This document shows positions 54,823-64,000 of a stretch of DNA of 64,000 nucleotides, in pieces. The stretch is from Antedon mediterranea. Lineage: Eukaryota > Animalia > Echinodermata. The notes under the pieces were generated by a model that saw only the letters and a list, made by a program, of their open reading frames with translations, ran no database searches and was not told the origin of the DNA. A program made the position numbers and the translations under genes. How positions within the stretch are numbered: position 1 is the first letter of the stretch; every line of letters begins with the position of its first letter. Where the stretch lies: the NCBI RefSeq assembly GCF_964355755.1, contig NC_092678.1, forward strand, positions 19,733,365 through 19,797,364, in the 5' to 3' direction.

Positions 54823-55782
54823 CCTTTTACAGAAAAACATTGTTTTATAAATGGTTAACGCTAAGTGAGCGTAGTGCTCTTGAAACGTACATTTCGGATA
54901 CTAACTGATCTTAATGTGTACGGTAGGCCTACCACTACTAGTCTCTACAACTCGCTTCGTAAAATAAATAAGTGAGAATTGTGAATTTCATTGTAGGCCT
55001 AGTATTATGTTTACCTTAATAGTATAAGCAGTCAACTGAATGCAACAGTGCAGAGTCAAGCCTAAACACAACTCCGAGTGTACGCTAGGTTCCTGTGACT
55101 TTCTTTGTTGACTTACGGTATCAATAATATAATAATACTTGTTATGCTGTCCTTTAACCCTTGCAGAAAAATTCATTGTTGTGGTTGAAACAAAGTGCAC
55201 ATATCCGTGCCTAGATATACTATTTGGCTACCCTGTGCATTGTGCATTGCGGAGGTAATTGAAAAACGATAATGCAGAACAGTATTAGCGGGTGCTGTAT
55301 ACGGAGCTGAGGTCCCGTTAGGCATTTGAAATCAGTACTGCTGACTCTTATGGCAGCCCCTGCATCTAGTATCTGCCTCAGACCTCTGGTCAAGGTGGGC
55401 ACTGGACGAGAGAAGCCCTTGATCAATGTCAGGACCAATCAAGGTGCTTTAAACTCTCCTGGCTTTGTTTGTATCAAACCTGTTAGTGGCGGTAATTATC
55501 GCTGTTGGTTTCGATTGAATAAAATAAAAATAAAATAAAAATAAAAATTTATTAACGTTCTATATTCACTGATTGTTGTATTTTTTTTCTCTTAGATTTT
55601 TTGAATTCTTGTGTTTTAAAGTTGTTTCATTGCAGGACCATATTGAAAAATAGAAATTTTGTGATCTTTTCTTTTCTGAATTATGTTATCCTGCCTAAAT
55701 ATGTTTTAATAAAAATAAATAAATAAATTTATAGCGATTACTTAATGTAAAGATAAGTTCACGTGTTAGTACTGTCAGTGTA

Positions 55783-56137
55783 AGCTTGGTTCCCACTTGG
55801 GCGCAAAGCGAAGTGGAACCGACGATGCAATAGTGCTGCAAACATCGCAGGTTTGATTTCACGCAGGCGGGGGCAAACACAAATTATAAAGCGTGGTTCC
55901 CACTAGCGACGCAACACAAGGACGTAACGCAACGCAAGTGAATTGACCAATCACAAGCGATGGCTTATTCGCTTGTGATTGCTAACTGTCTATAACTTCG
56001 CTTGTCATTGGTTAAAACGCTTGCGTTGCGTTTACGTACGTCCTTGCGTTACGTTCTAGTGGGAACCAATCTTTAGAAGGGCATTTTCTTACGTTGCGTA
56101 GATTGCGTTACGTTGCGTCGCTAGTGGGAACCAAGCT
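55783..56137. mobile_element. Harbinger-like MITE containing a same-family MITE (55890-56072)
   Basis: Two nested pairs of ag(ct/cg)tggttcccact / agtgggaaccaa(g/t)ct TIRs with TAA/TTA-type flanks. Confidence 0.75.
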
Positions 56138-57682
56138 TTAGTGTGAAGAGAGCAAGATCTACAATAAACAGGATTTTCCCAAAAATACGATAGAGGCAAA
56201 ACATGGTTTTGGTTTATATCTAAAACTTATCTAAACTTTATTCCCATATGGATATATAATTGTTTTACAGATTATGTTTTTAAATACTCATCTTAATAAC
56301 AATATTAATCAAACTTCTTTATTCTATAGCTGCTGAACATGAGTTGTCATTACTGACCAAAAAGTCATCCCATTTCGTAACTTTCGACAAAAAACACAAG
56401 AAAAATGCCAAGAGTAATTATGGTCATTTTCATCAACAGTAAGTATTTCAACCAGAGTACTAGGCCTATTTCCACGTACTGTACCTAATAATGCCGTTAC
56501 ACTATTTGAACAACCGATTTTATAAATTGTTGACTACAATTACTCAATGTATTGATATTCTATAGGCCTATTCATTTACTGATTAAAAAAAAGTCATTCC
56601 AATTTTTTTTTTCAAACGGAAAATATGGTCATTTTTATGGTCAGTAATTCAAAACCTAAGGTTAAGTTCAATATTGAATATCGAAACGTGGAAGGCTGAA
56701 GGTGCTTGACCTTTGAACAGATCTCGCCTAAATTGTTTAATATTTTAACCTTACAATACTTAGTGTTGTATATTCTGGCACAGCCGCTTCATAATCTCTT
56801 TGCTTTTCTTCCTTATATCTTAACTCTTAATAAAAGTTTTCATAACGAATTTTATTTTGTATTTATTATTTTATTTATATATATTTTTTTACTTTATGTA
56901 CACGTCAACAAATGATGAAATAACAGTTTTCTCATCGCAACTTGTACAAAATAATTTAAAAACCACAACAATTTTTCAATAAACATACATATCATACTAG
57001 GCATACATACATTTCTACCCCAACAAATTTTTCAAAACTTTCTATTATTTAAAAGTCAAAGATAATCAGGTTTCGGGTCCATTCTATTGTCGCCACAGAT
57101 TGACTTCTTCATCAGTACTTAGCCTACTATGAATGGATGATTAGGTGGGAACATGAACGCTAGTTGATCATACCCGGCACCGATTTGATCATCCGATCAT
57201 TCGGGAAACCACCTCACGATATAGGTATGGCCCAATCCCGTCATGACAGACGATAACCTCGGGCCTAAAATATTATTTAACTAAGCGAAGTAGTTCTGTT
57301 GATTTCATTGATTTGTTAAAATATTTTTATACAGTAAAATGTGAACAACATCAGCAATTAGGTTTATAAACTACTACTATTTTTGATAAATAATAATGTT
57401 GACTTGCTCGCTTCCAAATTCTCACCAGAAGAGATAATCTCAAATCTAGTGATAACAGTTACGACTGTGCTAGCTTATAATATCATTCATTATTATATTA
57501 ACATACAACGAAGCCCGAAAAAATACAGTTACCAAAAATCATTCTACGTTTATTATCGAAAAACACCGGCGAATATCCCACGTGTGTTGTCATTTTAAAT
57601 GTGATCTTTTCCTAGGCCTCCATGTTTATCTTAGAACAAATATGAAGGAGAATTGTTTAAAAAAACACAATCCTAGGCCTAA

Positions 57683-60600
57683 TTAATAACGGAGTTGTAC
57701 AACAGCTTTGTAGGGCTTAGGAAAGTTAACCGCTTGTGCGCACCCACTCACTGCTGTAACTTCTGTAACCCCCGGGGGCTTCTCGAATTTAAAATTCTGA
57801 CAAAACCACGTAAATATTAGGAACATCTCGGCCTTAGCTAACGATTCTCCAACACACACTCTACGACCGGTGGAAAATGGTAGAAAACTGGGATGTCGTT
57901 GTTTTACACTGCTTGTCGAATCCAGGAATCGCTCTAAGTAAAAACAAATTACATTCTTGTAAACAAATTACATTCTTGTAAACAAATGAAAAATAGTACG
58001 TGGTTCAAGAAGTAAATGTATACTAATAAGACTAAAGTATTTTTTTTTAAATGTTAACAGGGGTGTTTTTTTTTCCAGCTTCTCGTCCGGTTGGAGAAAT
58101 TAATTGAACTCCTCAATTTTTGTGAACCAATTCCCTACGTTTTTTAGTCGCGTGGAAGCGACTCTATAGTTCACTATGTCGGTCGGTTGGTCGGTCTGTC
58201 TGTCTGTCTGTCGGTCTGTCGGTCCGGTATCACTATGCGTTTTATCGCTTTCTGACCTTATCTTGATATCAGTTTAATCTAGCTAGGTCAATTTTTCACA
58301 GTATATTCCTTATGGCCAGGTCTCAATGTGGTTATGTTTTCACGGTGCGCAATAAAAAATTACGCGGTCTACGCACGATTTAACGAAATCACGTTTGTAA
58401 TCATATCTTCACAACCATGAATCACAATTAAATAAAATTTGGTACTCATAAATTTCAGGGCATAAATCATCATATGGCAATACAATTACGTGCGTAGCGC
58501 ATGTAACGCATGCGTACGCGCGCTTAAAATTTTCAAAATTTATTTTCGATGAAATAAGAGTACGTTTCAGGCAATTTTAAGCGTTTACAAAATTGCCATG
58601 AGTGCGCATATTTTTGCGCGCGCACTGCGCGTTAAATGTTATTGCACACTCTTTTTGCCCGATTTCTGTTTTCTTGACTTACTTTTCAACTCGAAATTAC
58701 GTTATACGAGCACGTCAAAAGTGACAGGCTACGCACGTGTAAATTAAAAATATATAAATGTTTTTAAACATTTCAAAATTTTTAAACATGTCAGTAATTT
58801 CGGTCAGTATAGTTCACTATGTCGGTCGGTCGGTCGGTCTGTCTGTCGGTCTGTCTGTCGGTCCGGTATCACTATGCATTGTAGCACGCGACTTAATGGC
58901 TGTTGGCCTTGTTAGATCTAATTTAAGGTCACAAACTACATTTAATGCAAAAATAAATACTATATGGTACTATTGAGATAACCTTTTTCGTCTTTAAATG
59001 AAACAACGTCAGTTTAGGCTTATAGCTAGCGTACGATGTTCGTACGTTACCGATGTTTACCAGCAAAAACTACAAAACTAAGCCTAGCTAGGCTGGGCCT
59101 AAGACACTGCCAATGAGAGAATATTACCGCGAGCTACTTAGGTAGTGCATTGTTTCTCTCTTTTTTATCATAATTTACCATAAAACGTACATTTAAGATA
59201 AGGAATGACCTGATTTAATGTTTTAAAGTATTATACATGCATTATTTTCTCAAAATGTCACAAATTGTAGGGAATGGGTCTTTAAGTTTAGTTTTATCCT
59301 TCGAATGATACGGTACTGAACATTTGCTTAAGTCTTACTTATAATATTCTCTTTTCCGATGCATGTGGAAAACCCCAATGACTTAACGATGGACATTATA
59401 GGAATCATTATAAGCCAAGGTACCGTAGTATATATATAGTACCACCCAAATCAACCTAGCTTACCTGGAGTAAACTTCTCTGGAGAATCCCAGTATTTTG
59501 AATCATTGTGAAGTGCCCAAGTATTTACGATTACCCACGTGTTTTCTGGCACTTTGAACTTTCCTATAAAAACGATTGTTGATGTTATTAATAACTTTGA
59601 AGTCGTGTGTTATAAAAAAACTATCAGATGATAATATATGGCAGTAGCCTATTTATTCTATTTACTTAACGAATCCGGAAATAAAAAAAAGTATACTTCA
59701 TGAACATTTTCATTAAATTTGTTGTTTCTTACCAATGGTTGAGTCTTTAATAGCTCGGTGAGTTTCAGCTAACGGGGTAACCGTTCCGTATCTCATAATC
59801 TCCATGATCGTAGCCTCTGTATACGGTAAATTCCCACGATCACTTAGTTTTGGTGGTCTGTCTCCAATGACGTCATCAAGTTCATTTTTAATTTTCTCCT
59901 GTACATCCGGGTTATCCATCAAGCAGGCGATACCCCAAAGTAAGGTTGTAGTTATTGTGTCTGTGCCAGCTTTTAAAATTCAACAAATCATAATTGTATT
60001 AATTAATATTCATATTTTAAAATTGTTTTAAAGTAAAAATGTGAGTAGGCCTACTGGCGATGAAAGAAAGCTTCACTCAATCACCGTCGCGTAACATACT
60101 TAGATCGTCAAAGAGCAGTTGCTTTGGCCTACTTCAAAACATAATCAAACATTATACTTAGTCAGGCCTCAACAGTAGTTTAAATAAAAATAAACCTACC
60201 GATAAAAAGATCTGATAATATCTGTTTGATATGCACGTCAGTTAATTTAGTTTGTGATCCATCGGACGTCAGTTCATCTTTCTGAGATTTTAAAAGCAGC
60301 TCAATCAGGTCATTTGCCGGCTCATCTAAAAAGGAAAAAAACAAAAACCCGTATGCTAGTTATTATCAAAATTATGTTTCGTCATGTTATAAAAACAGGC
60401 CCCTGCGGGGACAGAGGTTCACATTTGTGTGAAATGTAATTAATACGGGTTTACTCTAGGCTATTGTTTGATGTTTGAACAAGGTTTTATTCACATTTGC
60501 TAACTAAAATAAATAATATAACGTACCTTATATTATTGGCCTATTTAATTGATTAATTTAGTATCACATGGCATTGCTGCTAATTTTGTTCTTATTATTA

Positions 60601-63600
60601 AATAAGTCTATTTAACCGTCGTTTCTAGTACACGCGATAGGCAGATACACAATGCGAAACACCAAAACCCGAACATAACTCCGCAGCCAAAATCCGAACA
60701 CGATTTGTTGAGTGGCCTAGCCCTCGATGATATTCGATACGATATCATTGACAAATACTTCATGGCAGTGGTGTGTTCAAAAACAAATAATGAATATGTT
60801 GTATTCAATTCAATTTCATGGCAGTGGCGTGTTATAAAACAAATGATGAATGTTTTGTATTCAATTCAATTTGTTGAATGGAAAGATTATTTTCAAAAAA
60901 ACTCATACAAATTCCTCCCTATTCATCTCCATAAATGATGGTTGTGGGAAGAATTACCGGAAATGATTAAAAATTCTTTAATTTTAGACAGTTTTCAAAT
61001 ATTTTTAAATTCACTTAAATCACATGTTTTATATTGACTTTGTTGAATCGACTATTATGTATTTTATCCGTTTATTTTATATTGACACTGTTGATTCGTC
61101 TATTTGTTTTTTAAATATTTTTATATAGTTTATTTTATATCATTGTTGTTACTTTGGGAGTACGGAACCTGAACTCTTGTTATAGTGATTAGGTTCACTT
61201 TTAGGTTCCTGCCTACTCCCTTAGTTTCTGTGTTTTGTTTGTTTGTAACTGGTTTTTGGCAATAAATAATAATAATAATAATAATAATAAACATTCATTA
61301 TCACCAGTATTTACTTACCTGGCGAATATGTTTCCATATGTTGATGAATTTCAGCAAGCAACAAACCAAAATATTCTTCTAAAAGTTTGTTCAATTTATT
61401 TATTTGATTACTTGGTAAAAATCGAGTAGCTGGTATAAAGTCAGGTAATGCTCCATTACCAATCGCAGCAAATAGTTCTTCTAATAATTTTACAAAACGA
61501 ACAAGCTGAGGATCGTTGAATTGGTACCTAAAACAAGAGATTTAAACTTGATGTGATCAAATATGGTAGTGATGTACGTGCCCAAATATGGTAGTTACGA
61601 CATCATCATGTCCACATATGGGCACATCACATTTTTTGTCACATAACGTTTGATAGTGTAGACAAGACTTTTACTGTTTATCACCGTACAATTAAAACTT
61701 GCCACTAAATTGAACGACTTAGGTAGGCTTACTGTACCTAAATGCGTCCGGTATCATATAAGAAGATTTCCTGATACAGCATCAAACGTAGAACTATGTA
61801 AATCCTGTATATAACCCAACTTAGAACTTAAACTTCCGTAATATATGGCATCTATGTAAACACATAAAATACTGTATTACGGAATTTGCCTATAAATGTT
61901 ACAAATATTTATCATATACTAAGGTAGGCCTACATCAATGATAATCGGGTGTTATAGTAGCCTGTACGTTTAGGACAGATGTTACAATTTGCACAATGGT
62001 AGAACTTAATTATTAACAGTCAAATAGCTTACTGTTTTCCAAAGCACATTGAAGCAACGATGTTGTAGACTACTAATGTTATCACTTCCTTTGGATTAAA
62101 AGGTGCCCCAGCTTTTTGTTCAACAACGTCTTTAATTTTGGGACGTATCTCAATTAACAAAGTCTCCAACTCCTTAGTTGCATAATCTCTGTCAAGAAAA
62201 ACATGATTTCGTAAAATTTAACATGCGGATGTCATAGTTAATGAGACCACATTCGTAGAAAAAATGAGTAGGCCTATTGTATAGAGATTTTGCTGAATGC
62301 TCCAGTAGTCTTACGTAATGGGAGAGGCGTTGTTTTGGTTTGCCACTGCCCGCGGCAAAGTCAAATAGGGTAGGCCTACACTGTCATAGACCTGGGCCTA
62401 CATTGTGATAAACCTAAGCTTACACTGTGATAGCCCTAGAGGCCTACACTGTGTTAGACCTAGGCCTACAATGTGAGAGACCTAGGCCTGACTCACCTGA
62501 TAGCTAGATGTGCTAACTTTCGATGGAATTTCCAGGTTTGTGTAGGCTGAGCCGCAGCTATATCTTTTCCATTGTCGCTAAGCAAATCAGCTGTAAGATT
62601 AAAAATTAGGCTTAGAACAAAGTATAATTGATCTACTATAGTAGCCGTATCATTTACCAATGCATAACAAGACAAATTTCTTTGGGTAATATCTTTTGTA
62701 AAATATTCAATACAATTCTTTAAAAAAAAAACAAGCCCGCGTTCATGGTTAGTGATTAACACAGGTAATTTACTGTCTACCCACCAAAGTTTGCGATACC
62801 AGTTCCCAATTTACCCGGGCAAATAAGTTTGAAAGGCCCTAAACTCTAAATACAATTAGCTTGGTTCCCACTAGGACACACAACGCAAGGACGTAAGACG
62901 CAACGCAGGCGAATTGACCAATCAAAAGCTAGGCTTATTCCAACTGTCGCTTGTGATTGGTCAATTCCCTTGTGTTGCGGCTTACGTCCTTGCGCTGCGT
63001 CCTAGTGGGAACCAAGCTTAATAGGCCCTACTTACTCATAAAGGAATGAGGACGTCCACTGAAATCATTTAACTTGGTCAGTAAAGCATCTTGTACTGAT
63101 TCGTAATTGTTTAGAACGACTGCCCAATAACGTCCCACCTTTAGTGAAAAAACTGGTCCATAGTCTTTGCTCAACTCTTTGAATGTTTCAGCAGGTTGTT
63201 TCTCCATTAATACTATAATATAAGATAAAAGACTATCACAATCTAAATCGAACTATTTATCGTAAAATGGATTTAATTTCGATAAAACTTGTCCTTCATT
63301 CAAATTTCAAAGAACTTATTAAAACGGTGAAATGATAATTACGAATAGGAAAACGAATCAATAAAGTAGGCCTAGCTAAAAGGAAAACAAACGTTTAATT
63401 AAAAGAGTTCGATCGCACAAAGACACTAAGGGCCGAATACGCTTCACGCTATATAACTCAATAATTGAAATGTTAAGCCTACTGTGAAGATGCCCTATGA
63501 CCGGATAGGGAGTTGGACCAGGCGGCATACCAGGCGGACGCCTGATGTTGAAATACATCCATGTAAGCAACAGGATGACCAGAACTACGATGAGCGATGA

Positions 63601-63621
63601 CGTAGTCGTATATTCAAACAT
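57683..63621 (-). CDS. Cytochrome P450, CYP17A-like; copy 8 (495 aa, among the most divergent)
   Basis: Exons 63483-63621, 63036-63212, 62497-62590, 62033-62188, 61319-61527, 60200-60325, 59733-59969, 59465-59563, 57683-57933 (1488 nt). Motifs [19 protein letters not shown]. Confidence 0.93.
58143..58911. mobile_element. Helentron/DINE-like non-autonomous element nested in a Kolobok-like MITE (intron 8 of copy 8); short relatives at about 385-485 and 32283-32390
   Basis: Subterminal IR tagtcgcgtg / cacgcgactta; duplicated (gtcg/gtct)n blocks; ends ggccttgtt; inserted in a T-run. Confidence 0.65.
62371..62489. repeat. Degenerate 22-bp tandem repeat (taggcctacactgtgatagacc) x about 5
   Basis: Seen directly, adjacent to the exon 3 donor of copy 8. 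Confidence 0.7.
62858..63018. mobile_element. Harbinger-like hairpin MITE in intron 2 of copy 8
   Basis: TIR agcttggttcccactaggac / gtcctagtgggaaccaagct; same family as 55783-56137. Confidence 0.8.
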
Positions 63622-64000
63622 CCTACACAATAAAATAAAATATAAATGGATAGTGGTATGAGAAATGCAAAAAGGGGATGAATTAGGGGAATATTAAGCT
63701 TGATTAGGCAAATTAAAACACTTATAGTGGTTATGAGATTTTGTCAGGATGGGTTGGGGAAGGTGGGTGCAAAGAAGAGGAAAACAGGACGATCAATTAG
63801 CCGTCCCCTACCATAATAATGGTATAGTCCATATTATAAATAGAGGTGGCCGAAAACGGCACCTAATCCTTTACTTCTTTGAGGTTTATAGAATTAGTTT
63901 CTTAATATAGGTGGATGGAAGGACTGGGTATCAATATTATTGCAGCTCGAAACTAAAGGATCACATAGAACAGCTGTGATAAAAACAGGAAAAACCCGGA

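Noticed and set aside
21514-63621. Assigning the symbol CYP17A1
   Set aside because: Similarity is recognised by motif only; orthology and 17-alpha-hydroxylase activity need phylogeny and assay.

Overview
AT-rich eukaryotic (invertebrate-like, probably marine deuterostome; taxon is inference) genomic DNA with GT-AG introns. It holds a minus-strand tandem array of 8 CYP2-clan cytochrome P450 genes resembling steroid 17-alpha-hydroxylase/17,20-lyase (CYP17A-like). Seven are complete 9-exon genes of about 492-497 aa; copy 1 runs off the left edge. Between copies 1 and 2 lies an intact 8-exon, 624-aa secreted multicopper-oxidase (laccase-fold) gene that has lost 5 of its 11 canonical copper ligands, so it is probably a pseudo-laccase. 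A 2.3-kb 12-bp minisatellite fills most of its first intron. The P450 copies are mosaics and diverge in their substrate-recognition sites. The rest is decayed LINEs (RTE, L2/Crack-like, CR1), a Penelope-like end with a degenerate hammerhead motif, many non-autonomous DNA elements (several nested), palindromes and satellites. Exon coordinates were read by hand from splice sites and checked for frame continuity.
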